64,000 nt of DNA from an uncultured Candidatus Saccharibacteria bacterium (GTDB lineage Bacteria; Patescibacteriota; Minisyncoccia; Phycocordibacterales; PALSA-1337), in NCBI GenBank assembly GCA_964495685.1, contig CAZBVQ010000001.1, positions 105,521 through 169,520 of the forward strand. Reading direction: 5' to 3'. The notes below the pieces were generated by a model that had not been told where the DNA came from, did not search any database, and was given only the letters and a program-made list of their open reading frames with translations. Each line of letters begins with the position of its first letter. Position 1 is the stretch's first letter. The position numbers were made by a program, and so were the translations under genes. This document shows, one piece after another, positions 1-8,965 of this stretch.

Positions 1-1232
1 ATATTCAGCAGGGAGTCTCAATCTCAATATTCGCAAAGAAAGAAGGCAAAAAGAAAGTCGGATTGGCAGATGTGTACCACTTCGAATTATGGGGCAAGCG
101 GGAAGATAAGTTTGCGGCTCTCAATGCGAGCACTATCGAAAATGTAAAGTGGAATAAATTGAACTATTCCGAGCCATATTATTTCTTTGTACCTAAAGAC
201 TTTGGCGACGAGGAGGAATATAAGAAGGGATTTTCTGTGACAGAAATATTTGGTGAATACAATTCAGGCATTCAGACCAAACGCGACGATCTTACGATAA
301 GTTTTGATAGGGGAAGCATTGAAGCAGTGGCTACAGATATGGAGAATCTTCCTGTCGACGAGATACGAAAGAAATATAATCTTCCTGAGGATGGTCGAGA
401 CTGGAAGATAGAGTGGGCGAAAAAAGATGTTACGGCTGGATATAAAATCGAAAATATTCAATACCGTCCTTTTGACACACGATACACTCTCTATACTGGG
501 CGTTCGAAAGGTTTTCTTGCGTATCCTCGAGAGAAGACAAACAAGAATATTGTTGGTAAAGACAATTTATCATTGCTGACAAGTCGCATGATCCCGCCTT
601 CCCAGGATTTTGATAGAAGTTTGGTCACACGAAATATATCTGATATACATGCGGCCAGTGACCAGACCTACGTTTTTCCATTGTATCTATATGCTGATGA
701 TGGATCGAAAGTATCGAATCTTAAGAAAGAAATTGTCGAAAAAATTAAGAATATAGTCGGAGATATTTCTCCGGAGGATATTTTCGATTACATATACGCA
801 ATGTCGTACTCGCCAACCTATAGGCAAAAATATAAGGAATTTTTAAGGATAGATTTTCCTCGGATACCATACCCAAAAGACGCTCAACAGTTTAAATCTC
901 TTGTTTCACGAGGTCGGGAACTTCGAAACCTACATTTGTTTGAGTCAAAGAATATCAATATTCTAACCACCTACCCCGCTAGCGGTTCTAATACTGTTGA
1001 GGCTGTTTCATATAAAAACGGCAATGTTTTCATTAACATTGACCAATATTTCGGGAATGTTCCTGCTACCGTTTGGGATTTTCACATTGGAGGATATATT
1101 CCTGCACAGAAGTGGCTCAAAGACCGAAGAGGACACAAACTATCTGACGATGAGATCTCGCACTACCAAAAAATTATCGTTGCTATTAGCGAAACTGCGC
1201 GGATAATGGAAGAAATTGGGAAAATTATCTAG
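1..1232 (+). CDS. Type IIG / Type ISP restriction-modification enzyme, C-terminal region (5'-partial; reading frame is open to window start)
   Basis: No in-frame stop from position 3; the ORF-track start at 63 is TTG. The YRPFD..RY..Y block and the W-DFHIGGYIP...W.K.R C-terminal block are typical of Eco57I/MmeI/LlaGI-type fused methyltransferase-specificity proteins. Confidence 0.55.
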   Translation, partial: IQQGVSISIFAKKEGKKKVGLADVYHFELWGKREDKFAALNASTIENVKWNKLNYSEPYYFFVPKDFGDEEEYKKGFSVTEIFGEYNSGIQTKRDDLTISFDRGSIEAVATDMENLPVDEIRKKYNLPEDGRDWKIEWAKKDVTAGYKIENIQYRPFDTRYTLYTGRSKGFLAYPREKTNKNIVGKDNLSLLTSRMIPPSQDFDRSLVTRNISDIHAASDQTYVFPLYLYADDGSKVSNLKKEIVEKIKNIVGDISPEDIFDYIYAMSYSPTYRQKYKEFLRIDFPRIPYPKDAQQFKSLVSRGRELRNLHLFESKNINILTTYPASGSNTVEAVSYKNGNVFINIDQYFGNVPATVWDFHIGGYIPAQKWLKDRRGHKLSDDEISHYQKIIVAISETARIMEEIGKII

Positions 1233-3065
1233 CTAGAATTCTCCGAGAATCTTTAGCAGTTTCTCCTCGTGTTCATTTATAGCCTTGGCGTCAGGTTTGA
1301 TCGAATGAATGTCTATGATTGGATTGTCTTTGAAGTAAAGTACCTCGTTGCTCTGGAAGATGCCGCTCCAGCCCTTCTTTTTACGGTCATCAGTGTTCGT
1401 CGCTACTCTGATTGCCTCATTATATTGATCTATATCGAGTTTTATCATCTCCTTTCTCTCGGATACGTGACCAGTCAAATCTGTTTCATACGTTCTGAAC
1501 AGTTTTTTGAGCAGTCCTTCGAAAGCTAAAAGTTTAGAATAGCCATCGATGAGCATCTCACGTCTTTCGAGAAATATCTTTTCCATCGTCGGGTCGATAA
1601 ATTTGAGAAATGTTTTTCCGTCCTCCTTAAACTCCTTTAAAAGCATCTTTCCTTCAAAGACGCCGGAAAGGATAGTAAGCGACATATTGTATATGCTGAA
1701 GAAATTCGGCTTGCCCTGATTATTCAGATTGCCGATGATAAGCTCGCGATCCAAGTGTTCACCTTTATGTTCCGGATCATCATCGGCATAAACGATGCCG
1801 AGATTGGCGTCGTAACGGTCAGTCCTTTCCTTGAAGTCCTTCACAAATTCGTAGTTGCCGTTGAAGTTGTACAGGCTTTCGCCGGTGATGACGATCCCGT
1901 CGAATTTTTCAAAAGCCTTCTTTTCATCGAGTTCTCCTTTTTCAGTTATATCGAGGCCGACCCTCTCCATTACTTCTTTAGCAGCCGCGAATTCGCTGTC
2001 ATAGAGGCGCTTGCTGTATAGCTTCTCTTTCATCGTCTCCGCCTCTGTATGGTTTCGTATCTGAAGTTCTTCCGCTTCGATGTGTTTGCGGAGTATCGAA
2101 TTTGCCTCTGTTTTGATAGCAATCCATCTATTGAATAACTCAGCATCACTGCTTACTGCAAGTGGTGTGTATGCTTCCTCAAGTCCGTCATCAAGCCATT
2201 TGAGGCATCCTTCCTTGAGCATGACCTGTATAGTTGTATTGTGTTCAACGGCATACTTCTCCATAGCCTTTGTAACATCGTCACAGGTGCCGGTATCCTC
2301 ATCGTCGGCTTCCTGATTTTTGGCCATAGCTTTTTCAGTAACTTCGATACCTTTCATCTTCAGAAAATATCGAGCTACTTCGACAAGAGGAATACAAGCA
2401 AAATAGTGGAAAAGCTGATATTCCTTGGCAAATTTGTTATAGCTTTGTTCCGCAACGAGAGATGCTAGCTTTCCCTTTGCCTCTGGAGAAAATTCAGATT
2501 TTCCGTTATACAGATTGGCAATGATTTCTTCTTGATCAAGATACTGATGATCTGTCTCCACGTCGGGGTAGAGTTCGTTCATACGCTTTCTGTCGTCCGG
2601 ATTCAGTTTTTCAAAGGCTAATTGATAAATGGCATAGTCGAAATCGAGCCCTTCCTTCAGCTTTACTTCTTTCTGCTTAGCTGCGATCCTTACGGCTTCG
2701 TCGAGCTCGACCATCTTCATTTTCTCCAAGGTATCAATGCATCTGCCCATCCTGCGATATGAGGGGTAGTAGAGTAGATTTAGAATGACAGGAAGTTGTG
2801 CCAAATATGCAACTTTGGCATCTTTGTATATTAGTTCGACCTCGATCTCCATTCTTCCCGTGTGCTTCCAGGCTTCATTTAGCCGATTCCACTCTCGAGC
2901 TTCGCTGTTATCCTTGGCTTTCCAGTTTTCCAACGCATCCTTATCAGCGGGAGTCAAAATATCCTTGCCGGTTTTCATCTTTTGCACGTCGTTTTGAATG
3001 AGGAGAATGAATTTCTCCCGTGCCGTTAGGTTTCCAGTATGTAGCATTCGCGTTAAATCTCTCAT
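1233..3065 (-). CDS. hypothetical protein, 610 aa, no recognisable motifs (no P-loop, no HTH seen); last gene of the minus-strand methyltransferase operon
   Basis: Long uninterrupted ORF with protein-like composition, tightly packed against flanking genes. Confidence 0.5.
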   Translation of the reverse strand: MRDLTRMLHTGNLTAREKFILLIQNDVQKMKTGKDILTPADKDALENWKAKDNSEAREWNRLNEAWKHTGRMEIEVELIYKDAKVAYLAQLPVILNLLYYPSYRRMGRCIDTLEKMKMVELDEAVRIAAKQKEVKLKEGLDFDYAIYQLAFEKLNPDDRKRMNELYPDVETDHQYLDQEEIIANLYNGKSEFSPEAKGKLASLVAEQSYNKFAKEYQLFHYFACIPLVEVARYFLKMKGIEVTEKAMAKNQEADDEDTGTCDDVTKAMEKYAVEHNTTIQVMLKEGCLKWLDDGLEEAYTPLAVSSDAELFNRWIAIKTEANSILRKHIEAEELQIRNHTEAETMKEKLYSKRLYDSEFAAAKEVMERVGLDITEKGELDEKKAFEKFDGIVITGESLYNFNGNYEFVKDFKERTDRYDANLGIVYADDDPEHKGEHLDRELIIGNLNNQGKPNFFSIYNMSLTILSGVFEGKMLLKEFKEDGKTFLKFIDPTMEKIFLERREMLIDGYSKLLAFEGLLKKLFRTYETDLTGHVSERKEMIKLDIDQYNEAIRVATNTDDRKKKGWSGIFQSNEVLYFKDNPIIDIHSIKPDAKAINEHEEKLLKILGEF

Positions 3066-3066
3066 G

Positions 3067-3309
3067 TTATCTTCTTTTCTTTAGGGTTTGTTCAAGGAAT
3101 TCGACCCGTTCCTTGAGATCAGCCACTTCGATCACTTTTGAAAGTGCCAAAGCAACACGCGAGACAGTCATGGCCCTCCTTAGCGTAGTTTTGCCCTGTG
3201 ACACGTCCTTAAGGGTGGTCGAGAGAATCTCGCCGGCTTCCTCGATGCTCAATATCTTCTTGTTTTCTTGGATATTCATATGTTTGTTACATTCCTTCGA
3301 CGATCTCAA
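3067..3309 (-). CDS. hypothetical small protein (80 aa), predicted helical/coiled
   Basis: ORF is packed 1 nt from the 610-aa gene and overlaps the upstream gene by 23 nt (operon-like). Confidence 0.35.
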   Translation of the reverse strand: MRSSKECNKHMNIQENKKILSIEEAGEILSTTLKDVSQGKTTLRRAMTVSRVALALSKVIEVADLKERVEFLEQTLKKRR

Positions 3310-3676
3310 CCCATGCTTTTACTTCAGCTGCCTTGCCGGACTTTGTTGCCTCTCTGTAGAGGGCGGAAATGACGTTCGGAGTGAGCTTTTTGGCCCAATA
3401 GCTGATGCTTTTCATGAGACCACCGTCCTCATCGATCTTTTTGTTCCATGCTGATAGCGTGCCGGGGTCCTTGATACCGAATCTCTTAGCAAATTCTGTT
3501 TGGTTTTTGATGTCGAGAAGCGATATGGCAATCTCATCATCAATGCCAAATTTCTCGATAACGTGCTTTGGCTGCCCACGGAGTATCGAGGGCATGGATC
3601 GCCAAAGAACGTATGACTCGAATTCCTGTTTCTTGTATACATTCAGTGATTTGGAATGTTCGGCATCGATTTCCAT
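3287..3676 (-). CDS. small HTH-like protein (129 aa), possibly phage terminase-small-subunit-like
   Basis: Segment EFAKRFGIKDPGTLSAWNKK resembles an HTH recognition helix; located directly downstream of the methyltransferases. Confidence 0.35.
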   Translation of the reverse strand: MEIDAEHSKSLNVYKKQEFESYVLWRSMPSILRGQPKHVIEKFGIDDEIAISLLDIKNQTEFAKRFGIKDPGTLSAWNKKIDEDGGLMKSISYWAKKLTPNVISALYREATKSGKAAEVKAWVEIVEGM

Positions 3677-3682
3677 ATGCGT

Positions 3683-4450
3683 TTAATCATGGTTAATCAG
3701 TTCGGCTTTTTTCTTGGTCAATTTCTCCCATCTCTCGACTATGGTCTTTGCATACGCCTCATCCAGCTCAACCATGAGACACTTTCGACCTAAGTGTTCG
3801 CAGGCAATCAAAGTTGATCCTGAACCGCCGAATGGATCGAGTACGATATCCCCGGGCTTTGTCGAGTGGTATATGAGGCGACGCAGAAGGGCTGGCGGTT
3901 TCATCGTCGGATGCAGCTTGCTTCTTGATGGTTTGGGGTAGAAAAGAGCCGTTTTGTCTTTGTTGCCGAAATATTGGTGTTTGCCGTACCAGCCGTACAC
4001 AATGAGCTCGTGTTGAGGATGGTAGTCCTTGCGGCCGACCACGAGGTGATTCTTTATCCATATGAGGAGTGCTGACTTCGTATAGCCGGTATCGTGTAGG
4101 GCATTCAGAAGTTCACGGAGTTTAGTGTCTCCGTTGAAGATGTAGAAAGCATTTTTCTCGGCCATATGGGAGTTGACTGCCTCGAGCCACTTATTTGAGA
4201 GATCGTAATAGTCGACATTTACTGCGTCTCCTTTGATCGCCTTAAATTCCACTCCATTTCCGCCTTTATGGATCGTGTCGAGGAATTCCTGCTTGCCCTC
4301 GACGTAACCAACGCCGTAGGGCGGGTCGGTCAAGACGAGATCGATCTTGTCGCCGCCAATGAGAAGATCCACGTCCTCTTTTTTCGTCGCATCTCCCAGA
4401 AGAAGACGATGTTCCCCGAGCTTCCAGATTTTAGTTGAGCTTTTTGGCAT
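3683..4450 (-). CDS. DNA methyltransferase (N6-adenine/N4-cytosine, beta-class, N6_N4_Mtase family)
   Basis: DPPY motif (LVLTDPPYGVGY) precedes the AdoMet motif I (LDPFGGSGST). The ORF track extends to 4507; the start used here is the internal Met (MPKSS..) to limit overlap with the upstream gene. Confidence 0.8.
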   Translation of the reverse strand: MPKSSTKIWKLGEHRLLLGDATKKEDVDLLIGGDKIDLVLTDPPYGVGYVEGKQEFLDTIHKGGNGVEFKAIKGDAVNVDYYDLSNKWLEAVNSHMAEKNAFYIFNGDTKLRELLNALHDTGYTKSALLIWIKNHLVVGRKDYHPQHELIVYGWYGKHQYFGNKDKTALFYPKPSRSKLHPTMKPPALLRRLIYHSTKPGDIVLDPFGGSGSTLIACEHLGRKCLMVELDEAYAKTIVERWEKLTKKKAELINHD

Positions 4451-5690
4451 GGTTTTGAGTGAAGTGCTCGTAACGCCGAATAATGAGATCGCAGAATGTG
4501 GGGTCAAGTTCGACCAAGTATGCCCGGCGTTTCAGTTGCTCTGCGGCGATCAGGGTACTTCCGCTTCCGCCGAAAAGATCGAGCACGATTTCTCCCGGTG
4601 CGCTACAGCGTTTCATCGGTTTTTCGTTCAATGTTATCGGTTTCTGTGTTGGGTGCTCGTAATCTGCGGTATTGTCGCGCTTCACTAGCCAGAGCTGGAC
4701 GATTGACATAAGGTCGTCATACGCGCCGATCGAGTTAACTTCTTTGTTTAGGATTTCTGATAGATTTTTTACCGACGGATTCAAGATAGGACTGCCGCGT
4801 GTGCCGTACACGCATGGTTCTATGACCTTGTTGAAGGCGACTTGCGGTGTTGGATCAAAGTTATTCTTGACCCAGAAGCAGATACGCCTGTTTACAATGC
4901 CGTTTTTCTCATACAGATTTTGGAGAAGCCAGACGTATTTCTCATCGCACCAGTAGAAGATGTGGATATCTGGCTTACATCCTGAAAGCGCATTCTTGAG
5001 CGATGTCTCGATGGATTTCTCGTATTCACCAGTGCTTTTGCTGTCATTTACAATCTTGTCAGTATATTTGCCGTTCGTACCTATGCCTTTGCGATAATCG
5101 AGGCCGATATTGTACGGGGGATCGCAGTAAATCATGCTCGCTTTGTCCGTACCCATCAGTTTCTGAATTGTCTCTGGATTTAGCGAGTCGCCGCATATGA
5201 GCTTATGGTCTCCAAGCTCATATATGTCACCGGGCTTGGTTTCTGGTACACTGATTTTTTCAAGCTCCTCCTTTACGTTGAATCCGTCATCCTGAATGTC
5301 GAGAACGTCGTCAAAGAACCCATTCAGTTCATCCGGTGTGAATCCAACGTCCATGAGCATGTTCGAATCGAAAAGCTTCAAAAGTTCTTCGTCCCAGCTT
5401 CCAAGGTTCTTGTTGAGACGAAGATTAAGCTCCTTTTCGCGCTCAATCTCCGGAATATTGAGATATACAACCGGCACTTCTGTGAATCCGAGTGTTGTGG
5501 CGACTTTGAGGCGAAGATGACCACCAATCACCACATTTTTTCGCTCTGGAGAACCATTTACGATGAGGGGATCGCAGAGGCCGAAGCGTTTGATGCTCTC
5601 GCTCATGTCGTAAAGCACTTTGTCGTCCCATTTCCTAGGATTATAGGCCGAGGGCTTCAGTTCTTTGATTTGTACGTGGTCGATTTTCAT
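4431..5690 (-). CDS. ParB-like nuclease domain fused to DNA methyltransferase (ParB-MTase)
   Basis: N-terminus: ELKPSAYNPRKWDD...GGHLRL (ParB/Srx fold). C-terminus: CDPPYN and LDLFGGSGST (DPPY and motif I). This is a common phage/plasmid methylase architecture. Confidence 0.8.
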   Translation of the reverse strand: MKIDHVQIKELKPSAYNPRKWDDKVLYDMSESIKRFGLCDPLIVNGSPERKNVVIGGHLRLKVATTLGFTEVPVVYLNIPEIEREKELNLRLNKNLGSWDEELLKLFDSNMLMDVGFTPDELNGFFDDVLDIQDDGFNVKEELEKISVPETKPGDIYELGDHKLICGDSLNPETIQKLMGTDKASMIYCDPPYNIGLDYRKGIGTNGKYTDKIVNDSKSTGEYEKSIETSLKNALSGCKPDIHIFYWCDEKYVWLLQNLYEKNGIVNRRICFWVKNNFDPTPQVAFNKVIEPCVYGTRGSPILNPSVKNLSEILNKEVNSIGAYDDLMSIVQLWLVKRDNTADYEHPTQKPITLNEKPMKRCSAPGEIVLDLFGGSGSTLIAAEQLKRRAYLVELDPTFCDLIIRRYEHFTQNHAKKLN

Positions 5691-5757
5691 AATAGTTGTT
5701 TATTGATTACTAATAAGTGAAGTATAGTAACTATTTAAGGCAAAAAAATTTATACTG

Positions 5758-6297
5758 TTAAAAACGCGCAGGCATCCTCCTCTTGAAAGTAAGGTGCAGG
5801 CGCTTGAGCTGGATCTCGGCAACAGGCTTGCTCACCTTGAAGATTCTAGCGACATCCTCGATATACGGCGACGGTGTTACCTTATACAGCTCGCGAACCA
5901 TTATTTCGGGCATGAGTATGTCGCCTGCAAATTCATCGCAAAGATCTTCGTCCCAACCGTGCACATTTTTCGAGCAGAACACCGTTTTTGGCTGATTGGG
6001 GAAGAGAACTATATGCGCCAGCTCATGCGCGGCGGAGAAACGCTGCCTCTCGGTGCATTCTTGGCCATTAACCACGACAATCCATCCGATATTCATGTCT
6101 TTGGTGGAGAAAGCCGACACGCCTTGCGGGAAAAGCTCGCTATTCGACTTTACGACGCAGTGTACATCGCCGAGATATGACTCGATGACATCCCTGATTG
6201 GAATGGGAGTCTTGAAATAGCCGGAGTCCTGTGCCTCCTTCAGAATCTCATTTACCTTGTTTTTGGCTTTGACTCGCCACTCGTCTGGGATCCGCAT
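5758..6297 (-). CDS. ImmA/IrrE family metallo-endopeptidase
   Basis: HEXXH signature AAHELAHIVLF; the gene lies directly downstream of an XRE repressor gene. Confidence 0.75.
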   Translation of the reverse strand: MRIPDEWRVKAKNKVNEILKEAQDSGYFKTPIPIRDVIESYLGDVHCVVKSNSELFPQGVSAFSTKDMNIGWIVVVNGQECTERQRFSAAHELAHIVLFPNQPKTVFCSKNVHGWDEDLCDEFAGDILMPEIMVRELYKVTPSPYIEDVARIFKVSKPVAEIQLKRLHLTFKRRMPARF

Positions 6298-6302
6298 ATT
6301 GG

Positions 6303-6653
6303 TTACTTAGTTTTTAAATGTTGTTTGATGTGTTCGATATATGCCTCGACCGCTTGTATCTGATTGTCGTTCAGATCATACTTGGCCCGAAGGAAGGTGG
6401 GTGTACTTGCTTTGGCGATATAATCCTCTTGTGTGATGCCTGCCTTTGTGAGGATTAACTCAACCGGCTCCTTCAATCCGTCCGCAATCTGTCGAAGTGT
6501 CTTGACTGAAGGGGAATCATCCAAGTACTCACCGCTTTCAAGCCTCGAAATATATCCTCTTGTGAGCTTCGATTCCTTGGCAAGTTTCTCCTGGGTCAAA
6601 CCCTTATCTTCACGCAATGACTTTATGACCGTGTGCAATTTCATGTTCTTCAA
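6303..6653 (-). CDS. XRE-family helix-turn-helix transcriptional regulator (ImmR-like repressor)
   Basis: LTQEKLAKESKLTRGYISRLESGE is a classic Cro/C1 HTH; pairs with the ImmA gene. Confidence 0.85.
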   Translation of the reverse strand: MKNMKLHTVIKSLREDKGLTQEKLAKESKLTRGYISRLESGEYLDDSPSVKTLRQIADGLKEPVELILTKAGITQEDYIAKASTPTFLRAKYDLNDNQIQAVEAYIEHIKQHLKTK

Positions 6654-7112
6654 TTCAACTTATGCTTCTAATGCTTCGACTGGCTTAATGATACCATGCA
6701 TGACTACAAGGTTACAATAGTATACAGTGTGGATATTGAATTAGGACACGGAAATAGCCACCTGTAAATACTTGGCTACGAAAAGCCAATCAAGTCAAGA
6801 ACGAATCGATAGAGATATGTATTTATGGCGATGTATAGCCATTCTTTGAACTTCATGAGTTTGAGATGGGTCTAAACTATTGGGTTTGTTTGGCTTTTGA
6901 CCCAAGTGAGACATGATGCGGATCCATCAAGGACTGTCTCAATTGTCTCATTTTGAGGAAACTAGCCCCTATGCGGATGCCTCACTACACTATTGGTGTG
7001 ATTGCCAGAAAACCCTTATACTGTCTTATACTACACAGTCCGAGACGTTAGTGGGGCACAACCAATACGCATGTTAATGTTAGATAGTTGTGATAATATC
7101 TTGAGATCAAAC

Positions 7113-7382
7113 ATGAAAAAATACTCTGAAAAAATGATAGTAATTATTTTTGGTTTCTTACTGTTCATTCCGGGTGTTTTAAGTATTTTTCCTCCGATAA
7201 GTTATCTGGTCTCACATTACGAATATGTCCTTCGTCTTCCAGCTCACGGTTTTCCTCTTTTATATAGGGGAGCTTTCCTTTTCATTGATTCATTATATTA
7301 TGCGCCAGTAGTTTTAAAGTTAGCCGTTTTGTTTGCCGGATTATTTTTAATATTATACGGATTCATCCATTACAAGAGATAA
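7113..7382 (+). CDS. small hydrophobic membrane protein (about 89 aa from the internal Met)
   Basis: Two or three predicted TM stretches (IVIIFGFLLFIPGVL, LAVLFAGLFLILYGFI). Confidence 0.35.
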   Translation: MKKYSEKMIVIIFGFLLFIPGVLSIFPPISYLVSHYEYVLRLPAHGFPLLYRGAFLFIDSLYYAPVVLKLAVLFAGLFLILYGFIHYKR

Positions 7383-7404
7383 ATAGTGAATATCCTCATA
7401 TATT

Positions 7405-8022
7405 ATGTCCATCAAATTCAACGAAGTTACCTGGTACTCAAAGCTCGGCGCAATCATCTTGTTTATTCTGGTCGTTCCAGTTTTGACGTTTTGTATTGGT
7501 CGGAAATATCAGGAAGTCATCGACATTCAGGTTGTAAGTGTGACAAATACTTCATCACCAAAACATATGGCCGCATCACCTGATCACCAGGGCGCAGTGA
7601 GTCCTCTGAGTAGTACGTATCACATCGATGATCAGGATGTAACACTCTCCAACGGTTCATTCGAGCAATCTGTAGAGGGAAGTTCTGGCACATTCGAGAC
7701 AAAACTATTTGGCGAGCCAGTGTATGGCGACCTCAATGGCGATGGTGTCAACGATGCTATTTCATTTTTGTATCAGGAGACTCCAGGTACTGGTATCTTT
7801 TTCTACGCTGTAGCCACAATCAATGTGAACGGCTCGTATGTCGGCACCAATGCCATTTTCTTGGGAGACCGTATTGCTCCGCAAAATATTACTATCTCCA
7901 AAGGTGTAGCCGCTGCAAACTATGCGACTCGCAAAGATTCAGATCCCATGACTACCGATCCATCAGTTGGAGTGACCAAATACGTGAAGATCGAAGGGTT
8001 GAAATTGGTGGAGGGGAGGTAG
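7405..8022 (+). CDS. membrane-anchored hypothetical protein (N-terminal TM)
   Basis: N-terminal TM segment AIILFILVVPVLTF; DLNGDGVNDA-type motif. Confidence 0.45.
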   Translation: MSIKFNEVTWYSKLGAIILFILVVPVLTFCIGRKYQEVIDIQVVSVTNTSSPKHMAASPDHQGAVSPLSSTYHIDDQDVTLSNGSFEQSVEGSSGTFETKLFGEPVYGDLNGDGVNDAISFLYQETPGTGIFFYAVATINVNGSYVGTNAIFLGDRIAPQNITISKGVAAANYATRKDSDPMTTDPSVGVTKYVKIEGLKLVEGR

Positions 8023-8098
8023 GTTATATTTTCTCTAGTATTTTACGCATGGTAGCATTGTGATCGATCTACAAAAGTCATTTTTTTGGTATTTAAGA

Positions 8099-8860
8099 TT
8101 ACTTTATCCCAGTCCACATGTTTTCAAATAGATTTAGGTAAGCTTTGGTAAGCGCTTTATTTTTTATGCATATAGCAGTGACTGGTGAATACTCAGTTGA
8201 GTAAATTATGTTCAGTACGGTGTCTATCTCTGGGTAGATGTGTAGGCCAGCAGGGTTGGGGTTATTAGACTCAACGTATTTTATTTCATACATATTTATG
8301 TTAGATACGTCATGGTCGATTGATTCCTTCTGGGAAGAGTAGCCGAGCATCTTGATGTGTACATTTTTCTTACGAACAACCTTATGATACTTGTCCCAAA
8401 TTGGTCGCATGGTTTGTTTCATGAAATCTTCTCCACCTGTACCCAAAACATATTTTGTACTTCGTGCGGGCATCGAGTTGATAAGTGTTGAGAGCAGTCT
8501 GAGGTACTCATCGTTGCCTTCGTGCACAGAAATCTCCCGCAATTCCCGATTGGTTGTGATTTGTTGATAATAACGAAGTAAATTTTCAGCGCTTTCTTGT
8601 TTTTCCTTGAGCTCAGTAATCAAAATGTTCGGGGTAATAGATTCAAAGATCATTTTACCCTTCATATTTTTGGCAGATATAAGTTTTTTGTCCACGAGGT
8701 GGTCAAGGGCGGTATATACAATGTTTCGGTGGAGGTTTGTTTTTGCGATTATGTTTCCAGCGGCGGAGGCGCCCTGTTGTAGCAAAACTTGGTAGACGAG
8801 GGCCTCGTTTTCTGAAAAACCCAATTTTCTTAAATCGAATAAATCGTTGTTTATAGGCAT
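8099..8860 (-). CDS. TrmB-family transcriptional regulator (copy 1)
   Basis: N-terminal winged HTH LGFSENEALVYQVLLQ...NIVYTALDHLVDKKLI plus a C-terminal TrmB-like domain; divergent to a binding-protein gene. Confidence 0.7.
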   Translation of the reverse strand: MPINNDLFDLRKLGFSENEALVYQVLLQQGASAAGNIIAKTNLHRNIVYTALDHLVDKKLISAKNMKGKMIFESITPNILITELKEKQESAENLLRYYQQITTNRELREISVHEGNDEYLRLLSTLINSMPARSTKYVLGTGGEDFMKQTMRPIWDKYHKVVRKKNVHIKMLGYSSQKESIDHDVSNINMYEIKYVESNNPNPAGLHIYPEIDTVLNIIYSTEYSPVTAICIKNKALTKAYLNLFENMWTGIK

Positions 8861-8896
8861 ATTTTATGTATTTTAGATAGTTATCACCTAAAATAG

Positions 8897-8924
8897 TTGA
8901 CAACATATATAATTATGCTATACT
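8897..8924 (+). promoter_or_regulatory. sigma70-like promoter for binding-protein gene 1 (TTGACA-16 nt-TATACT)
   Basis: Hexamers read directly: TTGACA at 8897-8902 and TATACT at 8919-8924. Confidence 0.5.
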
Positions 8925-8965
8925 GTAACTGCTAAGTCAAATATCAGCTGTTAATAACATATATT

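Noticed and set aside
3683-4507. Full-length ORF-track start of the beta-class methyltransferase (77-nt overlap with upstream gene)
   Set aside because: An internal Met (MPKSS) just before the conserved N-terminal block gives a more typical 20-nt overlap; the upstream 19 residues are likely not translated.
6654-7110. Possible tRNA or att site marking the island boundary
   Set aside because: No tRNA-like structure or obvious direct repeat is visible within the window; the boundary is inferred only from composition and gene content.
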